Shown: positions 1-9,365, counted from the stretch's first letter. The stretch: 32,104 nucleotides of DNA from Candidatus Eiseniibacteriota bacterium (GCA_031364845.1 JANLWX010000051.1:1-32104), one strand, 5' to 3'. Made by a program: numbers and translations. Notes: generated from the letters alone by a model not told the origin.

Positions 1-317
1 GTCCCGATTGCGACGTTGGGACTTAAAGGGTTAAACAGATCCTGTAGCATATTATAACAATAATAGATTTATATAGATAATTATCTTTTTATTCTCTTAT
101 CAAAATTTGATAGGCAAAAATCTAAAAGTTGATAGCCTAAAGGCTATAGCCTAACAAAAGCATATTTTTATTGCACACACTGAATGCAGATGCCCTTTCA
201 TTCCATTATTTTAATAAATAATAATAATTATTATCATTATTTTATGCGGTGATTCTTTAATTAAATCGTCGACGAAAACACTCAAAATGGAAATTTTACA
301 AAAACACCCAAAATTAT

Positions 318-471
318 CTGACGCTTGCCATGAGCATTTATCGTATATGCATAATCACTGGAATATTTTACCATGCACGATAAAACCACGGAAATTCACA
401 ATATTCCCGTGGTTGTAACGCTCATGGTAAAAATTCGAATGGTTATGCTATGATGGTCATTACGAAGTCAG
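318..471. repeat. Long imperfect inverted repeat (fold-back element)
   Basis: Nested complementary blocks: CTGAC 318-322/GTCAG 467-471; GCATAATCA 349-357/TGGTTATGC 440-448; TTTTACCATG 366-375/CATGGTAAAA 423-432; AACCACGG 384-391/CCGTGGTT 407-414. Confidence 0.7.
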
Positions 472-653
472 CAGCTGTTTTCAAAACAGTTACAAATGGT
501 TAGACCTAGGCTTGTTTGGTGAATCAGCTGTTCGCACAGTAAATCAGCTGATGATCAGCTGTTGTCTGCTATTTATACACCCATAACTTCGACCTTTCTT
601 TCTACTATAGAAGATCACAAATAACACAAAAGGCTAAAGTCATAATTACACAG

Positions 654-811
654 CAATATAACAGATATAACAATATAACAGATATAACAATATAACAGAT
701 ATAACAATATAACAATTATAATAAAAATATATTATAATAATATAACAATAATATAATAATAACAATATAACAGATATAACGATAAAACAGGTATAGCAAT
801 ATATAATACAA
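654..811 (+). repeat. 17-bp tandem minisatellite with degenerate extension
   Basis: Three exact copies of AACAGATATAACAATAT at 660-676, 677-693 and 694-710, then degenerate A/T-rich copies (e.g. 761-790). Confidence 0.9.
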
Positions 812-820
812 CAGCTGTCG

Positions 821-1801
821 TTGCGGCTCGAGAAGGAGTTTGGCGCCGGGTACAGCGCGACGAATTTGAAGCTGTTTCGACAGTTCTTCCTTGGGTACCC
901 AAACCTTCTCCAGCAGGCAATCGGTCACCCAGCGGGTGACCGATCTCTCGTGCGCGCGCCAATCACAAATGAGCTGACCCGCGCGTCGGCAATTGGTCAC
1001 GCAGTGGGTGACCAATTCTGGAGCCCTGGCCGACTTCACCCGAACCTGTCCTGGTCGCTGTACCGGCAACTGATGCAGGTCGAGTCCGAGATCGCCCGTG
1101 CGTTCTACGAAACTGAAGCTGTCCAGAATCATTGGACAAGGCGCGAACTGGAGCGTCAGATCAACAGCCTGCTCTTCGAGCGTCTCGCCAGAAGTCGTGA
1201 CAAGGCTGGCCTGATGCGCCTCGCCCGCAAGGGGCAAGAAGTTGAGGGACCCGCGGACGTCTTCAAAGATCCGATGGTAATCGAATTTCTGGGGCTACCG
1301 GAGTCCCCACGGCTGGTCGAAACCGACATCGAACGGGCGCTACTGCAGAACCTGCAGGCCTTCCTGCTCGAGCTGGGTAAGGGCTTCGCGTTCGTCGCGC
1401 GCCAACAGCGGATCACGCTCGATGGAGATCACTTCTACATCGATCTCGTCTTCTATCACACGATCCTGAAGTGCTTCGTGTTGATCGATCTAAAGGTTGG
1501 AAAGCTCACGCACCAGGATCTCGGGCAGCTCCAGCTCTACGTCAATTACTTCGACCGGGAGCGAAGAACTGTCGGCGATCAACCGTCGCTTGGCTTGATC
1601 CTTTGCACGGACAAGAATGATGCGGTCGTGCGCTACACACTCGGGGTCGATCAACAGCGCAAGATCTTCGCAAGCCGATACAAGCTGCACGTCCCGACAG
1701 AGGCCGAGCTGAAGGCGGAGCTCCGCCGTGAACTCCATGACCTGGTGGTGAGGCCAGCCACTAAGCGTCGCGCAGCCGTCCCCCGACGGAAGCCTCGATG
1801 A
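821..1801 (+). CDS. YhcG/DUF1016-family PD-(D/E)xK nuclease domain protein, 5'-truncated
   Basis: Family motifs EFGxGYSxxNL, LSWSxYRxL, RAFYExEA, WTRRELERQI, KDP..EFLGL, FLLELGKGFAFVARQ, YIDLVFYH..LKCFVLIDLK, DLGQLQLYVNYFD, GLILC. The usual N-terminal part is absent. The frame reads QLSLRLEKEFG from about 812, so TTG 821 is probably not the true start. Confidence 0.9.
   Translation: MRLEKEFGAGYSATNLKLFRQFFLGYPNLLQQAIGHPAGDRSLVRAPITNELTRASAIGHAVGDQFWSPGRLHPNLSWSLYRQLMQVESEIARAFYETEAVQNHWTRRELERQINSLLFERLARSRDKAGLMRLARKGQEVEGPADVFKDPMVIEFLGLPESPRLVETDIERALLQNLQAFLLELGKGFAFVARQQRITLDGDHFYIDLVFYHTILKCFVLIDLKVGKLTHQDLGQLQLYVNYFDRERRTVGDQPSLGLILCTDKNDAVVRYTLGVDQQRKIFASRYKLHVPTEAELKAELRRELHDLVVRPATKRRAAVPRRKPR
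916..1018. repeat. Two related in-frame palindromes inside the YhcG gene
   Basis: ATCGGTCACCC-AGC-GGGTGACCGAT (920-944) and AATTGGTCAC-GCAGTGG-GTGACCAATT (991-1017), 72 bp apart, encoding AIGHPAGDR and AIGHAVGDQ. Confidence 0.85.
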
Positions 1802-4488
1802 ATCGCCACGTCAACACGATTGCCGGGCGACTGAGCCTGCGCCCCCCGCAGCGCCAGTCCCTCGAGATACTCGATCGCATCGTCGAGATTGTGCCGCCCA
1901 GGAAGGGCGCCGATATCGAGGTCGCTCTGGCAGCGGTCCGCAGTGAGTTCCCGAGCGTCACGGACTTCGAGCGGGAGTTCCCGTCGGTGTGTTTCGCTCT
2001 GGCAACCGGAGTCGGCAAGACGCGGTTGATGGGTGCCTTCATCAGCTACCTGCACATGGCGCATGGACACAATAATTTCTTCGTTCTAGCGCCCAACCTC
2101 ACGATCTACAACAAATTGATCGCCGATTTCACCCCGAACACTCCCAAGTATGTGTTCAAAGGCATTGCGGAATTTGCGACCGATGCGCCTGAGATCATCA
2201 CGGGCGACAACTACGAGAGCCGCGCAGGCACCCTGTTCGACGAACTGATCCGCTGCAAGGTGAACATCTTCAACATATCGAAGATCAACTCAGAGGTCCG
2301 CGGGGGCAAGGCCCCACGCATCAAGCGGCTTTCGGAGTACATCGGCGAGAGCTACTTCGACTATCTGGCTGGACTGCCCGACCTCGTGCTCATCATGGAC
2401 GAGTCGCACCGGTATCGCGCCTCGTCCGGCGTGCGCGCGATCAACGAACTGAAGCCCGTAATGGGCCTCGAGCTGACGGCAACGCCGTTCGTGGAGTCGA
2501 ACAAGGGACCGGTGCCGTTCAAGAACGTGGTGCTCGACTACCCGCTCGGCCGGGCGATGACCGATGGTTTCGTGAAGGAACCCGCCGTGGTCACGCGCAA
2601 GGACTTCAACCCGGCGGGCATGTCTCCCGAGGAGATCGAACGGCTCAAGCTCGAAGACGGCGTTCGGCTCCACGAGAGCGTCAAAGTCGAGTTGGAGACC
2701 TATGCTCGAGAAACCGGCAACAACGTCGTCAAACCCTTCGTGCTGGTGATTGCCCGCGACACGACACATGCCGGCGAGTTGATGAAGCTGATCGAGTCCG
2801 ATCATTTCTTCGAAGGCCGCTACTCAGGACGCGTGCTTCAAGTGGACTCGAGCCGAACCGGCGCCGAAGAGGACGCGATGGTCGAGAAGCTCCTCAAGGT
2901 GGAGCACGCGGACGAGCCAACCGAAATTGTGATCCACGTGAACATGCTGAAGGAAGGCTGGGACGTGACGAATCTGTACACAATCGTCCCGCTACGCGCT
3001 GCCAATGCGCGCACTCTGATCGAACAGTCGATCGGACGCGGCCTGCGGCTACCTTACGGCAAGCGCACTGGCGTCATCGCCGTGGATCGGCTCAACATCG
3101 TCGCTCACGACCGGTTCCAGGACATCGTCGACGAGGCGAATCGCCCGGACTCAGTGGTGCGCCTGCAGCAGGTGGTGCTGGATGGGGAGCAGCTCGAGAA
3201 GAAGTTGGTGACGATCGTCTCGGAGCCGATGCTGGCGGCGCGTCTTGGGCTGGCGGCGAATTCCGCGCCAGGCGTCGGAGCTGCGCGTGCTAGTACGCCA
3301 CCAGTTTTCTCTAACCCCGAGGAGCAAAGAGTCGCGCAGCTCGCGTATGAAGTAATCCGCAAGTTCGAGTTTCAGCCAGAAGTTGTCCCCGGTGTGGCGA
3401 GTCTCGCGCAGCCCCAAGTCCAAGCCGAGATCGCGCGCGAAGTTGCGAGGCAGTACCTTCCGCCGCAACTTGAAATGGAAGGCGTGACTCCAGTGGTTGA
3501 CGTGGCCGCCGTCGTGGCCCGAACCACCGAGGCGGTGGTTCAACAGACCATCGACATTCCGCGGATTGTCGTGGTTCCCACGGGTGTCGTGCGATCAGGT
3601 TTTCGCCCCTTCACGCTCGATTTAGCGGCGCTCAGGTATGCCGCGGTGTCTGAAGATCTGTGGATTCAGCACTTGCGCACCGAGCAACGGGACGTGCTCA
3701 CGGCAGGAAAAGGTGGAATCGAAGAGCTTCGGCTCGAAGATTACATTGTGAGCGGCCTCGTCGACTTCGACGACGTGTCCTACGACGATCATTCTGAGCT
3801 TCTCTACGATCTGGCTCGCCAGGCGGTGGAGCACCTGAACCGGTACCTGCCAGCGGACGACACGCGCCGCGTTCTCCAGTGCTACCAGCGAGACATCGCC
3901 CGCTTCATTCATGCACAGATGCAGGCGCACCACTGGGAAGAAGCTGCCGGATACGAGGTCAAGATCAGCAAGGGGTTCAGCGAACTGAAGCCCAGCGCCT
4001 ACACGACTTCGGCCAGCGATCCAGTCCTCGACTTTCGCCGCTCGCCGGCTGACAAGAGCAACATGCCAAAATATCTCTTCGGTGGCTTCTCGCGTTGCCT
4101 CTACGCCACGCAGAAGTTTGATTCCGATCCCGAGCGGAAACTAGCCGTGATCCTCGATCGTGACTCAATCAAGTGGTTTCGTCCCGCCAAGGGGCAGTTT
4201 CAGATTTACTACGCTCTCGGTATAGAACATCCGGAGTACCAGCCCGACTTTGTCGCCGAAACCGAGTCAGGCATCCTCATGCTCGAAGTGAAGGCTCGCA
4301 ACGAACTGGACTCGCCCGAAGTCCTTGCCAAAGGTGAAGCCGCTACCCAGTGGTGCCAGCGTGCCAGCGACCATGCCGCCACCCATGCCGCGGGCAAGCC
4401 GTGGACTTATGCCCTTGTGCCGCACGATGTGATTGCGGACAACATGACATTGACGGGCTTGGCCGGGCTGGTTGCGAGCCGCAAGTGA
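1798..4488 (+). CDS. res: Type III restriction-modification system restriction (Res) subunit, SF2 helicase plus PD-(D/E)xK nuclease
   Basis: Walker A ALATGVGKT, DExH box LIMDESH, motif III LTAT, MLKEGWD, QSIGRGLR, and C-terminal YQPDFVAE...LEVK. ATGA overlap with the YhcG stop. Confidence 0.9.
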   Translation: MNRHVNTIAGRLSLRPPQRQSLEILDRIVEIVPPRKGADIEVALAAVRSEFPSVTDFEREFPSVCFALATGVGKTRLMGAFISYLHMAHGHNNFFVLAPNLTIYNKLIADFTPNTPKYVFKGIAEFATDAPEIITGDNYESRAGTLFDELIRCKVNIFNISKINSEVRGGKAPRIKRLSEYIGESYFDYLAGLPDLVLIMDESHRYRASSGVRAINELKPVMGLELTATPFVESNKGPVPFKNVVLDYPLGRAMTDGFVKEPAVVTRKDFNPAGMSPEEIERLKLEDGVRLHESVKVELETYARETGNNVVKPFVLVIARDTTHAGELMKLIESDHFFEGRYSGRVLQVDSSRTGAEEDAMVEKLLKVEHADEPTEIVIHVNMLKEGWDVTNLYTIVPLRAANARTLIEQSIGRGLRLPYGKRTGVIAVDRLNIVAHDRFQDIVDEANRPDSVVRLQQVVLDGEQLEKKLVTIVSEPMLAARLGLAANSAPGVGAARASTPPVFSNPEEQRVAQLAYEVIRKFEFQPEVVPGVASLAQPQVQAEIAREVARQYLPPQLEMEGVTPVVDVAAVVARTTEAVVQQTIDIPRIVVVPTGVVRSGFRPFTLDLAALRYAAVSEDLWIQHLRTEQRDVLTAGKGGIEELRLEDYIVSGLVDFDDVSYDDHSELLYDLARQAVEHLNRYLPADDTRRVLQCYQRDIARFIHAQMQAHHWEEAAGYEVKISKGFSELKPSAYTTSASDPVLDFRRSPADKSNMPKYLFGGFSRCLYATQKFDSDPERKLAVILDRDSIKWFRPAKGQFQIYYALGIEHPEYQPDFVAETESGILMLEVKARNELDSPEVLAKGEAATQWCQRASDHAATHAAGKPWTYALVPHDVIADNMTLTGLAGLVASRK

Positions 4489-7400
4489 AGCTATTTCGAG
4501 CATGGGTGGGGGCATGGCCGGCGGCCGCCTACGCCGTGGTCCTGATCATAGCGGCCGCATTCGCGCTCCCCGCGCGCGCCGAGACGATCTACCCCGACGT
4601 GCCCGCATGGTCTTCGCCGGTCGAGAATACGCGCGGCGTGGCGCTCGGCGACATCGACGGCGACGGTGACCTCGATCTGGTTCGCGGCGGCTTCGGATCC
4701 GCCACCACCCTCATGCTGAACACCGGCGGTGTGTTCGCCGCCGCTCCCGCCTGGACCGGCCCGGTCGAGGTCACACGCTGCGTGGTGCTCGGCGATGTGG
4801 ACGGCGATGGCGATCTCGACCTCGTGCGCGGCAACAACGCGGGTGGCGCGTCGCTGTACCTCAATACGGGTGGCATATTCGCAAACACTCCGGTCTGGAG
4901 GGGCCTTGACGAGCAGACCCGTGCGATCACGCTCGCGGACATCGATCGTGACGGCGACCTGGATCTGATCTCTGCCAATCTCGTCCCGGGCTCGACCGTG
5001 TATCGCAACATCGGCGGCACTTTCGAGGCTGCACCGGTGTGGACGAGCCCGGTCGCTCTGAGCAACGGTCTCGCCGTGGGCGACGTGAACGGCGATGGGT
5101 GGCTCGACGTCGTGCTCGGCAACCTCAACGATCGTTCCACGCTGTTCCTCAATTCCGCGGGCGCACTGTCGCTCACCGCGAACTGGTCGGGGCCGATCGA
5201 GCAGACGCGCGCGGTGGCGCTCGGCGATGTGGACCGCGACGGCGATCTCGATCTGGTGCGTGGCAATCTGAACGCGGGCTCGACGCTTACGCTGAACACC
5301 GGAGGAACGTTCGAGGCTTCGCCCGCGTGGACGGGGCCGGTCGAGCAGACTTACGCGGTCGCGCTCGGCGATGTCGACGACGATGGCGGGTTGGATCTCA
5401 TCCGCGGAAACAACGGACCGGCAACGCTGACCCTCAATGTGGGCGCTACGTTCGGCGGAGTTCCACATTGGGTCGGCCCGGTGGAGGACAGCCGCTGTCT
5501 CGCGCTCGGTGACCTTGACGGCGACGGCGATCTCGATCTGGCGCGCGGCAATTTCGATCAGGCCAGCACTCTCTATCTCAACCTTTCGAGTCCGCTGTCC
5601 GTGTCGCCTGTCTGGAGCCGCGCGTCCGAGGACACGCGATCGGTGGCTTTCAGCGACATCGACGGCGATGGCGATCTCGACGTGGTGCGCGGAAATCTCG
5701 ACCAGGGAGCCACACTCGTCCGCAGTGTTGCCGGCGTGCTGGACCTGCTCCCGAGTTGGACGGGACCAGCGGAGAACACGCTGGCCGTGGCGCTCGGCGA
5801 CGTCGATCGCGATGGAGATCTCGATCTGGTGCGCGGGAATTTCAGTCAAGGGTCGACGCTCTATTTGAATGTCGCCGGCATCTTCACGACGGTTCCCGCG
5901 TGGACCGGGCCCGTGGACGACGTGCGCGCGGTCGCTCTTCATGATTTGGATCGCGATGGCGACCTCGATCTGATCACCGGCAGCACCACGCACGGTGCCA
6001 GGGTTTATCGCAACACGGACGGCTCGTTCAGTGCCGAGCCGGTGTGGAGCGGGCCGGTCGAGAGCACCCGCGCGATCGCACTCGACGATGTCGATGGAGA
6101 CGGCGAAACAGATCTCGTGTGCGGCAATCAGACCGGGACGACGCTGCACTTCGGTGTGGACGGAGTGTTCACGGACCTGCCCGTGTGGACGGGGCCGCTC
6201 GAGTTCACGAGCAGCGTCGCGCTGGCCGACATCGATGGCGACGGCGATGCCGACCTGGTGCGCGGCAACGAGAACAGCGGTTCGACTCTCTATCTCAATT
6301 CGGGCGCGGTGTTCTCCGCAACGCCCGCATGGATCGGTCCCACGGAGTCGACGCTCAGCGTCGCGATCGGCGATCTCGACGGCGACGGAGACCTCGATCT
6401 GATCCGCGGCAATCTCGACGGGCCGGCCACGGTGACGCTGAACCACGGCGGCGTCTTCGATCCGCTGCCCGCTGCAACGATCGCGGTCGACAGCACGTGG
6501 TCCATCGCGCTCGCGGATCTCGACGCCGACGGCGATCTCGACGCCATGCTGGGAAACTCGGTTCTGTATTCCAATCGCAGCCCGTGGATCTCGAGTAGCG
6601 GCGGCGTGACGCGGTTGCTGCCGAACAATGCGGCGCACCTGCGCCGCCTGAGCGCGATGAACTCGGCGGACAATCGCGTGACGCTCGGCTTCGAGGCGGT
6701 GGACGCGGAGTCGGATCCACTCTCGATCGTCGGCGACTATCAGTTTCGGGGTGATGTGACATGGCACCCGATGGACCTGGGAGCGGGCAGCGCCTCCGCG
6801 GGACCGTTCTCGAGTTCGCCCGCGGGCATCACGCATGCGCTCGACTGGGATGTGACACGCGTTCCGTTCGATCGCCGCGACGTCGTCGTGAGACTGCGCG
6901 CGAACTCGCCGCCGCGACGCGCGGGCGACATCGCCTTCGAGCCCACCTACGTGAAGGAAGTCGGGCGCGTCGAGCCGGTGCGGCCTTCGCTCGCCGCCAC
7001 TCCGGCGACGCTCACGTTTCCCACTGTCACGGTCGGCGACACCGTGAACGTGACGCTGCGAATCGCGAATGCCGGCAACCGCAATCTGATCATCGGATCC
7101 ATCGCGGCGTCGGCGCCCGAGATCACGATCGACTTCGCCTCCGGCGACACGATTCTGGCTGGGCAGGATAGGAATGTGATCGTGCACCTCGCGCCGCGCG
7201 CGCTGCTGCCGTTCGAGCCTTCGATTCACATCACCGGCAACGATCCGACGCGGCCGGCGCTCGACGTCGCCATCGAGACCGACGTGCGCGATCTCACGTT
7301 CCAGACGCAGTTGCTCGCGGTGGCGCCGCAACTTCCGCTGGGTCAGGCGGCGACGGTGGTCGTCACGCCGGGGCCGCAGGTGCAGATCGAGAGCGGGTGG

Positions 7401-9365
7401 GTGTTGTACCGGCCGCATGGCGCCATCGCGTTCGCCGACAGTTCGCCGCTCGTGCGCCAGGGCAGCAACTTCATTGCGCTGGTGCCGAGCCGGGGTGTGA
7501 CGGAGGCGGGGCTCGACTATTACGTGCGCGTCGAGAATAGCGGCGTCGTGCGCTCCGATCCGCCGGACGCTCCCGCGAATGTCGTCTACTATCCGGTCGC
7601 TCCGCCCGACACGGTGATCGCGAGCGCGAGCCCCGATGCGCGCGACGCATTTCCTGCCTCACGCGAAACACCGGTGGTGGTGTCGTTACCGGCGGGATCA
7701 CAGTTCGTCGAGGGCTCGCTCTACTTTCGCGCCGGAGGTTCGGCGGTATTCGACAGCGTGGCGTTGCAGACGCGCGAGGTATCGCCCGGCATCTCCGCAC
7801 CGCTCGCTGTGATTCCCGCCGGGTCGGTGGGGCCGCGCGGCATCGAGTTCTGGGTGCGCGCGCACACGCTCACGAACACGCTGACCGATCCCTCCGATGC
7901 GCCCGCGACGGTCAAGACGGTTCGCGTCACCGTCGATCGCCTCGCCGAGCCCGCGACGCATGCCGGCCGGCGCTATCGGCTCGTCACCGTGCCCCTCGAA
8001 CTCGACCTGCCGGTCGGCGCATCGATCGAAGCGCTGCTCTCGGATCAGCAGGAGTTCGGTCCGCCCGACATCACGCGCTGGCGCGCGTTCCGCTACGACC
8101 CAACGGCAAGCCACTATCTCGAAGTCGGCGCTTCGTCGGCCAACCCGAAACTCCATCCGGAACCCGGCCGGGCGTTCTGGCTGATCGCCGCCGACGCGAA
8201 CGCTATCGACTCGGCTCCGGTGCCGGGACGCTCGACGCCGACCGGGGCCGCGTTTCGCATCGCGCTCGAACCCGGATGGAATCAGATCGGCGATCCGTTT
8301 GTGTTCCCGGTCGCATGGAGCGCGGTGCGCGCTGAAGGCAGTTCGGGCGCGGTCGCGATCGACCCACCGGTCGCGTGGAACGAATCGCTTCAGCGTTATT
8401 CGGATACGGACGTCGAAACGCTCGCGCCGTTCGAAGGCTACTGGGTGTCGAATCCGACGACGGCGGTGATCGATCTCATCGTGCCGGCGGTGGAAGCGCC
8501 CGCGCTGCTCGAAGCGTCGCGCGTGGCCGCCGCGGCGGAACACGCGAAGAAGCCCGCCGCGACGCCGGGCGATGTCGCCGCATGGAACATCCGGATCGAA
8601 GTCGCCTCCGGGAATCATGCGGACACACGCAATATCGCCGGCGTCGATCCGCGGGCACTCGCGGGCCGCGACGCGCTCGATCGCACCGAGCCGCCGGGAT
8701 CACCCGGCGGAGGCGTGTCGCTCTACTTCCTCGACCCATCCGGCGCAGATCCCGCGCGTCGCACGGTCGACATGCGCGCGCCGATCACCGGCACCACAGA
8801 TCCCACGACGCGCGGACAGCGCTGGGCGTTCGACGTCGTGCGCTTTGGCGATCCGGAGTCATCGTCCGAAGCGCGCCTGACGTTCGCCGGCCTCGAAGGA
8901 ATTCCGGCGGAGCACGAGTTGCGGCTGGTCGACCACGCACTCGGACGCGTGATCGATCTGCGCGCCGTGAACGATTATCCTTTCGTCTCGACGCGCCGCG
9001 CGGCGGTCGCGAAGGCCGGCGATGCGCGCTTCGAGTTGCTCGCCGGGGCGCCCGAATTCGTCGCATCGGGACTTGCCGCGCGACCGCTCGAGACGCGACT
9101 CTTGCCGAGCTTTCCGAGCCCGATGACCTCCACGACGACGATCCGATTCGAGCTGGCGCAGCGGGGTCGCGTGGAGATCGATGTGTTCGATGTCGCTGGA
9201 CGCCGGGTGCGCGGACTGGTGCGCGACGAACGTGCCGCGGGCATTCAGGAGCTGTCGTGGAATGGCGCGGACGACGGCGGACAGTCGCTGGCGCCCGGCA
9301 TCTATCTGGTTCGCATGGTCACACCCGGAACCACCCAGGAGCGACGCGTGGTGAAGATCCGATGA
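4485..9365 (+). CDS. Large secreted FG-GAP/VCBS-repeat protein with Ig-like domains and a C-terminal FlgD-Ig/T9SS-type domain
   Basis: Likely GTG start at 4485 overlaps the res stop and gives the signal peptide VKLFRAW...FALPARA|E. There are 14 DxDxDGDxD Ca-binding repeats, an ASH/choice-of-anchor-D-like Ig domain (LTFPTVTVGDT..LRIANAGNRNLII..I), a LEPGWNQI motif, and a C-terminal FPSP..TTIRF..VFDVAGRRVR..WNG.D..G..LAPGIYLVR. Confidence 0.88.
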   Translation: MKLFRAWVGAWPAAAYAVVLIIAAAFALPARAETIYPDVPAWSSPVENTRGVALGDIDGDGDLDLVRGGFGSATTLMLNTGGVFAAAPAWTGPVEVTRCVVLGDVDGDGDLDLVRGNNAGGASLYLNTGGIFANTPVWRGLDEQTRAITLADIDRDGDLDLISANLVPGSTVYRNIGGTFEAAPVWTSPVALSNGLAVGDVNGDGWLDVVLGNLNDRSTLFLNSAGALSLTANWSGPIEQTRAVALGDVDRDGDLDLVRGNLNAGSTLTLNTGGTFEASPAWTGPVEQTYAVALGDVDDDGGLDLIRGNNGPATLTLNVGATFGGVPHWVGPVEDSRCLALGDLDGDGDLDLARGNFDQASTLYLNLSSPLSVSPVWSRASEDTRSVAFSDIDGDGDLDVVRGNLDQGATLVRSVAGVLDLLPSWTGPAENTLAVALGDVDRDGDLDLVRGNFSQGSTLYLNVAGIFTTVPAWTGPVDDVRAVALHDLDRDGDLDLITGSTTHGARVYRNTDGSFSAEPVWSGPVESTRAIALDDVDGDGETDLVCGNQTGTTLHFGVDGVFTDLPVWTGPLEFTSSVALADIDGDGDADLVRGNENSGSTLYLNSGAVFSATPAWIGPTESTLSVAIGDLDGDGDLDLIRGNLDGPATVTLNHGGVFDPLPAATIAVDSTWSIALADLDADGDLDAMLGNSVLYSNRSPWISSSGGVTRLLPNNAAHLRRLSAMNSADNRVTLGFEAVDAESDPLSIVGDYQFRGDVTWHPMDLGAGSASAGPFSSSPAGITHALDWDVTRVPFDRRDVVVRLRANSPPRRAGDIAFEPTYVKEVGRVEPVRPSLAATPATLTFPTVTVGDTVNVTLRIANAGNRNLIIGSIAASAPEITIDFASGDTILAGQDRNVIVHLAPRALLPFEPSIHITGNDPTRPALDVAIETDVRDLTFQTQLLAVAPQLPLGQAATVVVTPGPQVQIESGWVLYRPHGAIAFADSSPLVRQGSNFIALVPSRGVTEAGLDYYVRVENSGVVRSDPPDAPANVVYYPVAPPDTVIASASPDARDAFPASRETPVVVSLPAGSQFVEGSLYFRAGGSAVFDSVALQTREVSPGISAPLAVIPAGSVGPRGIEFWVRAHTLTNTLTDPSDAPATVKTVRVTVDRLAEPATHAGRRYRLVTVPLELDLPVGASIEALLSDQQEFGPPDITRWRAFRYDPTASHYLEVGASSANPKLHPEPGRAFWLIAADANAIDSAPVPGRSTPTGAAFRIALEPGWNQIGDPFVFPVAWSAVRAEGSSGAVAIDPPVAWNESLQRYSDTDVETLAPFEGYWVSNPTTAVIDLIVPAVEAPALLEASRVAAAAEHAKKPAATPGDVAAWNIRIEVASGNHADTRNIAGVDPRALAGRDALDRTEPPGSPGGGVSLYFLDPSGADPARRTVDMRAPITGTTDPTTRGQRWAFDVVRFGDPESSSEARLTFAGLEGIPAEHELRLVDHALGRVIDLRAVNDYPFVSTRRAAVAKAGDARFELLAGAPEFVASGLAARPLETRLLPSFPSPMTSTTTIRFELAQRGRVEIDVFDVAGRRVRGLVRDERAAGIQELSWNGADDGGQSLAPGIYLVRMVTPGTTQERRVVKIR

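Larger units (their letters stand above)
1..811. other. AT-rich non-coding segment, probably foreign (eukaryote-like) DNA joined to the bacterial sequence
   Basis: Very AT-rich by eye, with no credible ORF, low-complexity tracts and a minisatellite. Composition switches abruptly to high GC at about 812, inside a YhcG reading frame. Confidence 0.8.

Noticed and set aside
654..811. CRISPR array
   Set aside because: The 17-bp units are directly adjacent with no unique spacers, and there are no cas genes. It is a minisatellite.
716..1237. Minus-strand ORFs crossing the AT/GC junction
   Set aside because: Their hydrophobic Tyr/Ile-rich tails are translated minisatellite, and the rest is antisense to yhcG.
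4350..4484. N-terminal extension of the FG-GAP protein given in the ORF track
   Set aside because: It overlaps the res 3' end. The signal peptide begins at GTG 4485.
4640..6560. DNA repeat array or DGR template/variable repeats
   Set aside because: The repeats are protein-level FG-GAP units with synonymous divergence. There is no reverse transcriptase and no adenine-specific pattern.
4491..7418. 975-aa minus-strand ORF
   Set aside because: Antisense shadow of the high-GC FG-GAP gene. Its periodicity simply mirrors the FG-GAP repeats.
8375..9361. First 329 codons of the 621-aa ORF
   Set aside because: Arg-rich alternate frame inside the FG-GAP gene. The real protein starts at ATG 9362 with a signal peptide.
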